A stretch of DNA of 63,884 nt, filler included, from Olpidium bornovanus S191 (Eukaryota; Fungi; Olpidiomycota), in NCBI GenBank assembly GCA_017911155.1. It is 28 parts of 28 records of this genome, joined end to end, with 100 filler letters (N's around TTAATTAATTAA, not from the genome) between each part and the next. Parts side by side here need not be neighbours in the genome. Positions count along the whole stretch, not along the records: positions 11,480 to 12,651 come from JAEFCI010011161.1; positions 12,752 to 13,811 come from JAEFCI010004514.1; positions 13,912 to 15,049 come from JAEFCI010010059.1; positions 15,150 to 16,613 come from JAEFCI010009388.1; positions 16,714 to 19,654 come from JAEFCI010009995.1; positions 19,755 to 22,741 come from JAEFCI010004060.1; positions 22,842 to 24,367 come from JAEFCI010001275.1; 21 more parts are not named here. One strand, given 5' to 3'. Positions 12,050 to 23,646 of the stretch are shown here, in pieces (the first letter of the stretch is position 1; the number at the start of each line of letters is the position of its first letter). The position numbers and the translations under genes were made by a program. Under the pieces are notes generated by a model, which saw nothing but the letters and a program-made list of their open reading frames with translations, was not told the DNA's origin and ran no database searches.

Positions 12050-12651
12050 CTACCACCTGGCAACGCCGCGGGACCGCTTCCACGTGCCGAGGAGCCTCCG
12101 GTACACGCCCAGCAGCCCCAGCTGCGCCATGCTGAGCAGCCCGCCGAATATGTAGTAGCCGCGGAAGGAGCCCAGTGCCGCGTCCAGCGCGGGGTCCACG
12201 CTCGCCTGGCAGAAGTCCACGCCCGAGTCCGGCAGCGGCGGCCTGAAGCTGGGCGGGGTCGGCGGGCCGGTCGGCTTGGAGTCCGACACCAGCGGCGCGG
12301 GGTTCGTGAACTGCGGGATTGGCGGCGGGGCGGCGGCCGGCTGCTGCTGCCGCCGCACGATGCGGCGCGCGGTCGCGGGTCGGTTCGCGGTTGGCCCACC
12401 CGTCGGCGTCTTCTTCGCGCCCGAGGTCGGCTTCTGCGGCGTCAAGGCAGGCGCGACAAGCGCCGGGGCGGTCGCGGGAGCAGCGGCGGCGAGGTCAGCG
12501 GCGGCGGGCGCCGGCGACGACGACGCCGTCACCGTCTGGCCCTTGCCTATGGCCGCGAGGTTGCACGTCGGATAGTTGTTCACCAGCGCGCTGCTGTACC
12601 CGCAGCAGTTGAACTGCTCGAAGAAGTGCAGGTGCAGCTCCGGCGGCATGC
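12050..12651 (-). CDS. Tetraspanin-like membrane protein, large extracellular loop plus last TM helix; 5' partial
   Basis: Contains FEQFNCCGY (CCG motif), two further Cys, and a hydrophobic helix YYIFGGLLSMAQLGLLGVY followed by a short basic tail. Confidence 0.6.
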
Positions 12652-12759
12652 NNNNNNNNNNNNNNNNNNNNNNNNNNNNNNNNNNNNNNNNNNNNTTAAT
12701 TAATTAANNNNNNNNNNNNNNNNNNNNNNNNNNNNNNNNNNNNNNNNNNNNCGCGCTTG

Positions 12760-12792
<33 letters not shown>

Positions 12793-12997
12793 CTTTTTTT
12801 CCCTTCCGAGCCCCGACGGCGACGGTTGGGGGGACGGGAGAGGAGGGATTTCGCCCGGTTATCTGGCTTAGGAGCGAAGACGTCGAAAACCACCCCATTC
12901 CCCCCTCCCCCCGCGCGCTCACCCCCACGTTCTCCACACCTTTTCGCCCTCCCGCCCCTCACTCGCCTTTTCATAACGGACCCGCCCGTCTCTCCAG

Positions 12998-13346
12998 CGA
13001 CGGCGAAGGCTTCCTCCTCGTCTACTCGATAACGTCGCGGGCGACGTTCGAGCGCATAGAGCAGTTTCGCGAGCAGATTTTGCGGGTCAAGGACGTGGAC
13101 AGCATACCGCTGATCGTGGTCGGGAACAAGTGCGACAAGGTCGCGGAGCGGGAGGTGGCGCGGGAGGAGGGCCTCGCGCTGGCCAAGAAGATGCGCTGCG
13201 AGTTCATCGAGAGCTCGGCGAAGTCCTGCGTGAACGTCGACAAGGCCTTCTACACGGTCGTCCGGCAGATCCGGGAGTCCAAAGACGAGGGGGGAGCCGG
13301 AGCCCTGAGGCGGAACAAGGACTGGCGAAAATGCGAAGTGTTGTAG
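12998..13346 (+). CDS. RAS2: Ras-family GTPase (fungal Ras2 type), final exon
   Basis: DGEGFLLVYSITSRATF, IVVGNKCD (G4), FIESSAK (G5) and the CAAX box CEVL-stop. Acceptor AG at 12996-12997. Confidence 0.9.
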
Positions 13347-13358
13347 AGAGAGAGAGAG

Positions 13359-13410
<52 letters not shown>

Positions 13411-13675
13411 TGCCGCGAAGCGGGGAAAAGATTGCGCGAGCGAGGAACCGGACGAAAAAAAAAAAAAAAATAGTTGCTCGCACTGTAGACCCCCCCCTTC
13501 CCCCCCCCCCTTCCCCCCCCCCCTCTTTGTGTACATTTTGTTTCTGGCGCCCAATTTTTTTTTTTTTTCTCTCCCCCTCTCTCAATTTGATTTCCCTCCC
13601 AAATACCACATCTTTCGTTCCTCCTCCCGGGGTTTCACCCCTGGCTCCCTCCTTTCCTTCCCATCCCCTCCTTCT

Positions 13676-13733
<58 letters not shown>

Positions 13734-13765
13734 ACCCCCCCACCCCCCCCCCCCCCCCACCCCCC

Positions 13766-13798
<33 letters not shown>

Positions 13799-14049
13799 CT
13801 CCCCCACCCCCNNNNNNNNNNNNNNNNNNNNNNNNNNNNNNNNNNNNNNNNNNNNTTAATTAATTAANNNNNNNNNNNNNNNNNNNNNNNNNNNNNNNNN
13901 NNNNNNNNNNNCTTGAACGCGAGCGCGCGCGCGGCTCTGTTGACGAGGTGGGCGAGAAGAAGACGGAAAAAAAAAACCGTTCGGAGCGTCCCGGCAAGAG
14001 CGGAAACCGCCCTTCACCCCCCCCCCCCCCCCCCCCCCCCCCCTTTTTC

Positions 14050-14086
<37 letters not shown>

Positions 14087-14155
14087 CCCTCGCGGGGGCG
14101 GTCTTTTTTCCGTTCCCCGCGACCAAAACCAAACCAAACCCAACCCCCGCGACCC

Positions 14156-14370
14156 TCTCGAATTTTTTCCTCTGGAATTTTTCCCTCACTAATTTTTCCC
14201 TCTCGAATTTTTCCCACTCGAATTTTTCCCACTCGAATTTTTTCCCTCCCGAATTTTTTCCCTCCCGAATTTTTTCCCTCCCGAATTTTTCCCTCCCGAA
14301 TTTTTTCCCTCTCGAATTTTTCCCTTTCGAATTTTTTCCCTCTCGAATTTTTTCCCTTCCGAATTTCTCC
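14156..14370. repeat. Minisatellite of about 14 copies of a 15-17 bp unit, consensus CGAATTTTT(T)CCCTC(T/C), upstream of cysK
   Basis: Direct reading of tandem gaatttttccctctc variants. Confidence 0.9.
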
Positions 14371-14431
14371 CTCCCCGCAAACGGGGGCGCCCCCACCCGG
14401 GCTTTTTCTGCGGGCGTTTTTTTGAGTGGAA

Positions 14432-14477
<46 letters not shown>

Positions 14478-14481
14478 GAGG

Positions 14482-14563
<82 letters not shown>

Positions 14564-14661
14564 CCCCCGCACGGGAAAAAAAAAGAAAAGAGACAGGCCG
14601 AACCGAGGGGGAGGGGGGGGAAAGAGAAAAGAGAGAGAGAAATCTCTGGAAACGCAGAGTC

Positions 14662-14901
14662 ATGACAATACACAGCTCCATCCTCACCACGATCGGGCGC
14701 ACGCCCGTCGTGCGCTTGAACCGCGTCGCGCCAAAGCACGTCGAGCTCTTCGTCAAGGTCGAGTCCTTCAACCCGATGGCGTCCGTCAAGGACAGGCTGG
14801 CCATCGCCGTCGTCGAGGCCGCCGAGCGGGCCGGCGCCCTGCGGCCCGGAATGACCGTCGTCGAGGCCACCAGCGGGAACACGGGGATAGCCCTGGCGAT
14901 G
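14662..14901 (+). CDS. cysK: Cysteine synthase A (O-acetylserine sulfhydrylase), first exon, bacterial CysK type
   Basis: MTIHSSILTTIGRTPVVRLNRVAP...VKVESFNPMASVKDRLA (PLP lysine) ...VVEATSGNTGIALAM, followed by a probable GTAAAC donor at 14902. Confidence 0.92.
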
Positions 14902-15149
14902 GTAAACCCGTCGAACCGCAACGCCAGCACCTCAACCCCCCCACCCCCGACCGTTGCGCGCCCGCGCATCCCCCGTCCCTTCCGGCGGTACGTCCGTCCG
15001 TCCGCTGCAGCTTACCAGCCCCCCCCCCCCCCCCTCCCCTTCTTCCTCCNNNNNNNNNNNNNNNNNNNNNNNNNNNNNNNNNNNNNNNNNNNNTTAATTA
15101 ATTAANNNNNNNNNNNNNNNNNNNNNNNNNNNNNNNNNNNNNNNNNNNN

Positions 15150-15857
15150 CATGGCTGCTGCACGGCCTGGCGTCAACTGGTCCAGCATTCTTCCTGACCT
15201 TAACATCGGACGCGGCGTCGATGACGTCTCAGACGCCCAGCTCAACGAGCTGACCGACCTCTTCCACGGCATCCAAGCCAAAGGCCTTTTCTCTGCAAAC
15301 AGAATCCCCAGTCAAGTGGCCCCAGCCGTTGCCGTACCACATCAAAACTGGGGATGCTAAACCCATCGCCTTTCCACCTCGCAGACAGGCCCCGGCCAAC
15401 GTAGACTTGTGGAAGAGGAAACCACACGTATGCTTGAGGCTGGTGTCGTCCGACCAAGCCGCTCCCCATGGGCTGCGCCCGTGGGTATTGCAGCCAAGAA
15501 AGACAGTGGTATTCGCTTCTGCGTTGACTATCGCGAACTTAACAAGGTCACACGCAAAGACGTGTACCCGCTGTCCCGCATTGACGACACTGTCGACACC
15601 CTCAATGGTGCCCGCTTCCTTTCTGCCTTCGACATGCTTTCGGGCTACTGGCAAGTGCCGCTTGCACCGGAAGACGCACCAAAAACGGCCTTCGTAACGC
15701 ATCAGGGCCTCTTCAAATGGACCTGCATGCCTTTTGGCCTACCACAGCACCAGCAACATTCCAGCGCATGATGGACACTGTCCTCGCCGGCCTCAAATGG
15801 CAGTGCTGCCTGGTGTACCTCGACGACGTCGTCGTTTTCTCACGCACCTTCGACACG
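15150..15857 (+). mobile_element. Ty3/gypsy reverse transcriptase fragment, frameshifted and truncated
   Basis: HIKTGDAKPI, SRSPWAAPV, RFCVDYRELNKVT, YPLSRIDD, DMLSGYWQV, KTAFVT, MPFGL, APATFQRMM and VYLDDVVVFS lie in three different frames. Confidence 0.95.
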
Positions 15858-16613
15858 TAAATGTGGCGCATCGAGGCCTTCCTGGAGCGTCGAAAGGGGA
15901 CAATGACGCTCCATGTCCCAGTTCAGGAAGCTGCACAACTCGGGGACAACGTTGTTGCGCAGTTCGGCAAGCTTCTGGGCTCCGGTAAAGGTCCCAGAGA
16001 GCTTGAGCTCGGAAAGGAAGCGCTGCTTCCACGCGATCCATCCGCCGGCACACTGGAGTGCATTGACCCACACGGGAGACATGCGGACTCGGCAGCCGTG
16101 AGGGACGACACGGGAAACGCCGGCCGACGCAGCACCACCAGAGGGATGGCGAGAGATCGGGGACGGCGAGCAATCTTCCTCCAAATCAGAAGGCGACGAT
16201 TCGGACAAGCTTTCGGTCGACGAGAAGGACGATCGTCGGCGGCGGCGGCGGCGGTTCGTCGAATAACGACGACAAGATCGAGCGGGGGGCGACTGAGACG
16301 GAACACGCACGGGCGCGGTCGATGGGCGAACGGTCGTCGATGGGTCCGCGAGTCGAGCAGCCGTGCAGTCGAGGCTCGCCTGGAGAAGCGACAGGGAGCG
16401 GCTCGGCGCACGGTACGAGGCAGCCATCTCGATGAGGCGCTCGTCGAGTGAGGCGCAGGTGACACTCAACTCCTGCAACGAAATAGACAGGTCGTCGACG
16501 ATGGCGGGAAGGGCGGCGTCAACGTCGGTTAAAAGCGCAGCCGCGGTAACAGTACCAAGGCGGGCAATGATCGAAGCGCGCCACTCAGTGAGGCCAGCTA
16601 GCTTCTGCTGTCG
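15858..16613 (-). mobile_element. Gag-like retrotransposon fragment in opposite orientation to the adjacent RT
   Basis: The minus-strand frame has a coiled-coil start, an SR-rich linker and WIAWKQRFLSELKLSG...KLAELRNNVVPEL, reminiscent of retrotransposon Gag capsid segments. Confidence 0.45.
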
Positions 16614-16713
16614 NNNNNNNNNNNNNNNNNNNNNNNNNNNNNNNNNNNNNNNNNNNNTTAATTAATTAANNNNNNNNNNNNNNNNNNNNNNNNNNNNNNN
16701 NNNNNNNNNNNNN

Positions 16714-19654
16714 CATGTCTGCACGTCTTGTAAGCTGTTGTAATGATTCAGCCTGCAAAAAAGGACGAGGACGACGTTAAACCGCGCTCCCGCGGAGAAA
16801 AGCTGATATACTCTCCCACTCACAGGTCCTCGACAAGCTTAGTGCCCAACGGGTGAGCGGCCCACTCTATCCTGCCGCCGCCGTTCCAGGGTACAGCCAA
16901 CGAGTCCGCACAATTCACGGCTAGACCACGCGGTACGCATTCGGTAAGAACCAGTGCCGCCAGCTGCCATATTCGGCTAAGATCCGGCCTGCGGTGCGCC
17001 CGTGCCGCGTCCGCATTGCGGTAGCACAATGTGACGGGATCCGCGCCGGACAACCTGCGAAACAAGAACGTCGTGCAAGCGGAACAAAACAAAATGATCA
17101 ACGGTCGGCAGTCCCAAGCCGGAACAACGAGACATATCTGGGACCCGAAACGCACGAATAGTCTCGTCCTAGAACCGCGCTGATAGGTAGCAGCGTCGAA
17201 AAATCGCGTAGTGTGACGATACAACGGCCCGAGCCCAAGCGCGCACGTTCAGATTGATATATATGCCCGTCATCCAAAAGCTGCGCCGGCGGCTGGGTGT
17301 CCTGCTGGAGAAACGCACAGATGCGCAACAAACGTCCACCGCCGTTAGATTCAATGTTCCGACTCCACAAAGTATTTTTTTTCGGAACTTCCGCATATAC
17401 GCACATCAAGCCCCCCGACCCTGAACTTGAAATAGAGGCTCGGGATGTTTGTAAGTTCGTTGATCTCGTCAAACTCGTCGTACGACGACGACCCGTCGTA
17501 AAGGCTCGCGGTGTCGGGACTCCCCGTGAGCCCGGCGTCAGTATTGATGCGCCGTATAAGGCCGCCCGCCCTTGGAGCAAGCATCGATAAGGCCCTGTAC
17601 TGCTCCAAAGTCTCGTAGCTTCGCGGGTGGCAGTATCCGAACCCACTGATCTCCGAGGAATCCACCGCTGGCACCTCCTCCGTGTTTACGCCAACCCCAC
17701 GCCTGGCAGCGCTGGCCAGCGGCGACAAGAAGTAGGCCAGCTTCCCGTCGGGCCCAAATACCGCGCCGCACATTCGCGGGAACGGCACGTTGGCGTCGCC
17801 CCGGTCTACAACCATCGTCATTAATCGCCTGTCGTCGGGAGCCAGGTGGGCGGCGTCAGACGAGGAGCCGGGGATCTCGTCGTCACTGTCTTCAAAGCCG
17901 GGCGCCAAGCTGTCGATGCCGTTCTCAGCCACCGAGCAACCGAGGAGAAATCGGATGCACTCCTCCAAGCACGGTGAGTGCTCGGCAAGGCGGATGGCGG
18001 CGATTTCATCCAAAGACTACGGCGCGAAAGCAACAAGTCAATAGGATCAGAGAATATCCCATAAATGTGTCCGGCTCTGTGGACCCCTCAAATCCGCGAA
18101 CTCACCCGCGAGATCTGTTCCCGCCTCGTGGCACTAATCATTTCTGTCGTCTGGACCTCGAAACGCGGCGACGCCTCCCGAGGATAACCCGGCGGGAAGA
18201 CGATGCGTACCCTCACAAACGCAAGCGCACCGGATTCAGACCAGGGTCCGCGGAGGGCGATGGTGCAGGAATTGTCCGCGAAAAAGTTAAGCTGCCCCAA
18301 ATAATCAAAAGCTGTTGAACAACCCGTCCAGCGAAAGCGTGTTCGCGCGCGTAGAGGTCGTGCGCTACACAATGACCTACCTTCTCGAATTCGACGCCGT
18401 GGTGGTATCTGGCCGACAGCCACGCAATTTCCTCCGACACGCTCGTGAGTCCGTTGTCCCCACCCTTCAGCAAGCGGACGCTTTGCATCCACCCGAGTGG
18501 AGAGAGGGACCTATGCTCCCGGTAATGGGACATCGTAGGCATGTGAGGCACAAAGCCAACCGAGCCTCCGAAGTTCTGTTGCGCCGTTGCCTCGAGGTCG
18601 ACATCGACTTCGTCCCGGCGAAAAAGTTTGCTGACCTCAGCCACTGGAAACAGAATGGGTGGGTCGCGGAAGGAAAAGGGCACCTGGGAGACAGTCTGCG
18701 AAGAATGCGAGGGGGCAGATTCGGAGCCGACTGTCGCACGCGGGCAAAGGACGTGGCCGACTTCCTATAGGTTGGAGTTTTATCAGCGAGCGACCCGCGG
18801 GGCATCGATACAATGAACTGGAGTTACGTCCTACCTCGAGCAGCGACCGGCTAACAGGCCATAACCTCAGGTGCTGGTCTTTTGACCAGGTAATCAGTTG
18901 GAACTCACGCTCATCTGTGGAATCGTCCGGAAATTTCAACTGTCAGCCGCAAAACCAGGCATCGGTTCCGCGGATCCGGCTGCCAAGCCTCGTGCAACGC
19001 ACCATGCCCCTCGCCGGCGTCGCCTCTCACACGCCAAACAAACTCGCGTATGGCTGCCCGGTGCCCGCGGAAGGTGTGAACCGGCACGTACTCCTCGCCT
19101 GCCTTCCACAAAGTGAGGGCCGCCTCCGTGCGTTCCGGCATGGTGATCAACCCTTTTCCAAATGGCTGACCCGGCTAGCGTCAGCCACTTCGGCCTTACA
19201 ACGCATGACCGAAGCACCAATTCCACATGCGACCGCACCGTGTGACGCGCCCGCCGGAGTGGAGCGGCCGTCGTGATGTTGTTTACGTGTTTTTCGGGTG
19301 CTAACAAATTCCAAAACTTGCGATTGTGGCGCGCAACAGAAGGAGGAAGAGATTTAGTGAGGTACGGCAGTAAGCAAAGCAATGAGCGTGTCATAGAAAA
19401 CCTTGACGGTCTTGTCCTGGCTGCAAGTCACCAGCTCGTGCTGGCTCGTCCTGCTCCAGTCAACTCCGCTGATTCTGCTCCGGTGGGCGAGAATGTTGTA
19501 CACGGGGACAGATCCATTCTGATAGAGCAACGGTTCTGTTCAGATGTACAGCGTTGCACCGAATGTCGAGGGCTGAAACATAGCCCGCAAATGATCCCTC
19601 CTCCCGTATGTTGAGCTAACCCGCGTATCCCATATTCGAAGATCGCGGTCATGA
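16714..19654 (-). CDS. WDR59: WDR59/Sea3/Mtc5 (GATOR2/SEACAT subunit), multi-exon internal fragment
   Basis: WD40 segments PVHTFRGHRAAIREFVWRVRG and FQLITWSKDQHLRLWPV; RWD domain CTIALRGPW...VRIVFPPGYPREASPRFEV; conserved NVPFPRMCGAVFGPDGKLAYF. Confidence 0.88.
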
Positions 19655-19754
19655 NNNNNNNNNNNNNNNNNNNNNNNNNNNNNNNNNNNNNNNNNNNNTT
19701 AATTAATTAANNNNNNNNNNNNNNNNNNNNNNNNNNNNNNNNNNNNNNNNNNNN

Positions 19755-20989
19755 CCATGTGCAGCACCGTGCTGCGGCTGTACGCCGCCACTCCGCTGAG
19801 CCCCGTTCTTTTTTACGGGATGCTGGTTTGCATACCCGTGTGGATAACCGCCACCTACCGCAACGAATACGTCCGCAACACGATCACCGCCGGCTGGCTT
19901 CCCATACTCTCTGCGATGGCGATATCGAGGTGGGCCGTTCGTCACTTTGACTCGTTCGCCGTGGTTTTTTTTTTTTTTGTTTGAGCGTTTATCCCGCGCA
20001 GTCTTTTTATTTTCTAAAATTTTATTTTTTCGGATTTGGTCGGCTTAGCTTTTCCGGTTTAATGCTGGAGAAGTTTATTGCGGGAAATGCCGGCATGCCG
20101 CTGCTCATCCCGGTGTTCAACGGTGTGTGTTCCCTGTGCGGTCCCCCGGCTTTCCCCTGACCCTCCCCATCCCCCCCCTTTCCCCCCATTCTTACCGGCG
20201 CCTTCGGCTTGTCCATTCACGGCGGCACGGTTAACCCTGCCCTCCCCCCCCGACCTAGGCATCGCCGGCAGCATCGGCTCCATCTTCACCTCGCGCATCT
20301 CGTCCGCGCTGCACGCGGGTTCCGAGGAGGAGTACCGAAAGGCGCGCAACGTGCTCTTCGTGCTCAACTGCCTGACGCAGTCGGGTTTCCTGCTTGTCAC
20401 CAACCTGCTGGGCCTCGTGCACGTGGACCTGCCTCTGTTTGCGCTCTACATGACCGCCAGCCTGGCGCTCAGCGCCATCATGCTGATCCTTGCCGAGCGG
20501 ATGACCCTCGAGTTCTGGCGCAGGGGCTACGACCCCGACAACTGCGTGCTGCCGCTTTTGTGAGTACCGGCAGCGTGGGCGGGAGAGCCGGGGCGAGGGC
20601 AGGTCATCTTCGGGGGCGGGGGGGGATCAGATCGCGGCGGAATCGCGAGCGTCCCTTCTCTTTCCGCCCCGCTGCCGAGGCGCGTCTTCCGTCCTTTTCG
20701 AAATTCCCGCGGCCGTTGAATTCGAAAAGCGGTTTCTCGAGTGCTCGCCTCGCTCCCCCCCCCCTCCCCCCCCCCCCCCCCCCCCCCCCCCCCTTTCCCC
20801 CAAAACGCGCGCGCAACGCTGACAAGGTCCCGGCCCGGTCTTCTCGTTCTTTTCAGGACCGCGCTTGGCGACGTCTTAGGCACGACAATCCTGGTCGTCG
20901 TCTTCGGAGCGCACAAACTCATCGTCAACCCGGCCGGCGGCGCGCCGGCGAGACCGACCCTTGGCGCCCACGCCGCCTCGGCACAGTGA
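19755..20989 (+). CDS. SLC41/MgtE-family magnesium transporter, 3' part, multi-exon
   Basis: GWLPILSAMAIS, PVFN|GIAGSIGSIFTSRISSALH and WRRGYDPDNCVLPLL|TALGDVLGT, which are the MgtE-domain motifs; stop at 20987-20989. Confidence 0.88.
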
Positions 20990-21900
20990 AGCGGAAACAC
21001 GACCGCCCTCCGCGGTGGGCCTCCGCCCCCCATGGTTTTTTTCTTTATTTTTATTTGCGCATCTTTGTCGCCCGACTGCCGTCACCTTCGACCTTTCCGC
21101 TGAATAGACATCCCCCCCCCCCTCCCCCCACAACCCCAATCGCCACTCCAGCCGTCGAACCTGCACGTTTCGCAACGACCTCGCGTTTTTATTATCTTTC
21201 CTTTTTTTTTCCTTCGGCCGACGCCCGGAGGTTTTTCAAAACGAGCAAACCGCCTCTTTCCCGTTGATGGTCACTTTGAGCGCCCGCACCGGCGTCGCCC
21301 GAAGCGATGCGGCTCCGGACCCCCCCCCCCCCCCCCCCCCCCCCCCGCGGCGCGGCCCCTTCCCCCGCCCTTTTTGAGTTAACGGGGGCGCTTCAACGCA
21401 GCCGCAGCACCCTCCCCGCCGTCGACGCCCGACTTTTTTGACCGCAGGCGGGCGAAAGCGGGTTAAAAAAGCAGGTTAAAAAAAGTTCTTTTTTCCCTCG
21501 CCAATCTATTTACACGGGCTTGGGGCCCGTCCGCGGGGTGAGGGGGGCGGGGTGGGGGGAAGGGGAAGGGCTCGGAAGAGAGAGAGAGAGAGATTGAGAG
21601 AGAGAGCCCGCCAACGGAAGGGGCCCGCATCAAAGAAGATTCTGGGGACCAAACGAAATTGAGCCGAACTTTTTTCGCTTGAGCAAAAACGAAAAAAGGA
21701 AAAGAAACACGAGGGCGCGGACGCAGGATAGGGCCGTCAAACGCCTTTTATGCCCCGCGCGGGGGTCGCGCACGTGGGGGGGGGGGGGGGGGGCGCGCGG
21801 GGAAAGGGGCCGCGGGGCGTCCGGCGGCCGACGAGGAGGAGGGGGGATGGGGACGAGCGGCGGCGCTCGTTTACGCGCCCGCAACAGCCCGCGGGGGGGC

Positions 21901-21938
<38 letters not shown>

Positions 21939-22407
21939 AGCCTCCTCCCGTCCCAGCCCCTTCCCTGTGGGGCAGGCTTCTGCCCCGCTTGCGTCGCGAC
22001 GACAAGATCCGAGGACACTACGTCCCAGGGTAAACGGCGGGGGGGAAACGAGCGGGTGACGGGCGCACGATGGACAGATGTTGATTTTGCGGGAGGTCTT
22101 TTCAACGGACCTGGGGCCAGGCCCGTTAGATCAGGGCCTGCATCCACGGCGGGAGGGGCTGGCCCGCGGCCCTACGGTGAGCCCTGCCGACGCGTGGGCC
22201 AACGGGGCCTACATATGCTTCATTCTTCTTTCTGCTTTTTCAGACCGTCCGGCTTTAGGCTCCCGTCTGGCCCTTTGGGAGGGGAACCAGGCAGTTTTTG
22301 GAACATTCGAGAAATGAGTAATTGTTTTTTTATTTTTCTATTTTTTATTTTTTTTTATTTTTTTTATTTTTTTTTATTTTTGTTGTGAACCGAAAGATAC
22401 GCTTTAC

Positions 22408-22416
22408 GTCACGTGA
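22408..22416. promoter_or_regulatory. GTCACGTGA E-box overlapping a TTACGTCA CRE-like site
   Basis: Sequence ttacgtcacgtga in non-coding DNA; the full palindrome GTCACGTGAC also occurs at 27023-27032 and 38243-38252. Confidence 0.3.
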
Positions 22417-23646
22417 TCAAAGATGCCAAGACCGGGAGGGGAGCTCCCCCTGGAGCTCTTCCTCCCGCCGTCAAACGCAAACAAAGGAGAGAGGAAGACG
22501 GAACGAAGAAGCTTTTGCAACACGTTATCAGCATCATTCCGCCCTCTCCGCCGGGCTCGCCCTCAGGCTTCAGCACCAGAACCATTGCCGGCGCCTGCAT
22601 CATTGCCAAGCGCCCATAGCTTTGCCCTCTCTACCGCCGCACCACGCTCCGCCACCGCCGCCGCCGCCGCCGCTTCACCGCCGCCGCTGCGCACCACGCC
22701 ACCGCCGCTCCGCCTTCGCCGCCGCCGCCGCTTCGCCGCCGNNNNNNNNNNNNNNNNNNNNNNNNNNNNNNNNNNNNNNNNNNNNTTAATTAATTAANNN
22801 NNNNNNNNNNNNNNNNNNNNNNNNNNNNNNNNNNNNNNNNNGCGCGCTAATTTCGCGCACCTTCCGCTTAACGCGTTTACTTTGCACGACCTCGGCGCCG
22901 GCGTCCTCGGGAATTTTTTTTGTTATTAGGCGGCCGTCAAAAGTTTTGTGTGTTGTGGCATGCACGACCTGAGCTGCGAATCTGACGCTGTGAATCCGAC
23001 ACATTCGACACCCCGGAGTGAATCTGCGAGTCGGATGCGGAGCGGAGCACCGCGTTGATGCAGGTATGATGCACGTTTCAAAACCTGAAATGGCGAACCA
23101 TCCGACCCACCGGAAATCCCCGGATCCAAACCCAATTCCAATTTCCGCGCTGCCAATCAATCCGACCAATTCAATGCGCCAAATCCCATGGCGCTGGTAG
23201 AAATACCATATTTGCAGCATGTGACATTGCAATTAAAAGCATTTTCATTAAAAGTTTATGTTTGCAAGCGAGGCAATGCGGATAGTGGCCAACTAATGAC
23301 GTTCCATTTTTTTGGCCATCGCTATGGCCCGGCTTATGTGACGAGGATAAAACCGCATTTGGCATAGTAGTTATAATGACAAAACGGTGAAGGTCTCATT
23401 TGTTGTTTGCCATCCGCCAGTCTTCCTTGCCCGCATGACCTCTCCCCTGGTCTCCAGTCGTGGTTTGGTGGGGAGGAGATCAGCATTCTACAGGAGGATC
23501 ACAAGAGTTGTTTCGTCGTCGTCGCGGCGGGTGGGAATAGGGATAGGAGGGTGGGGGGGGGGAGGGGAGATTTTGGGGCAGCAGGGAATTTTTCTTCTCT
23601 CCCGTCCCCCGAACTGTGTTGACGCGGCTTCCCCACGGACGTCATC

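Noticed and set aside
13860-15105. Poly-Lys, poly-Phe, poly-Gly and poly-Pro ORFs here and at 6004-6433, 46991-47257 and 55099-55902
   Set aside because: They are translations of homopolymer tracts in introns and UTRs.
22842-23400. CCAAT-rich region upstream of the GBP-like gene as a defined regulatory element
   Set aside because: The motifs are short and irregularly spaced and cannot be distinguished from background.
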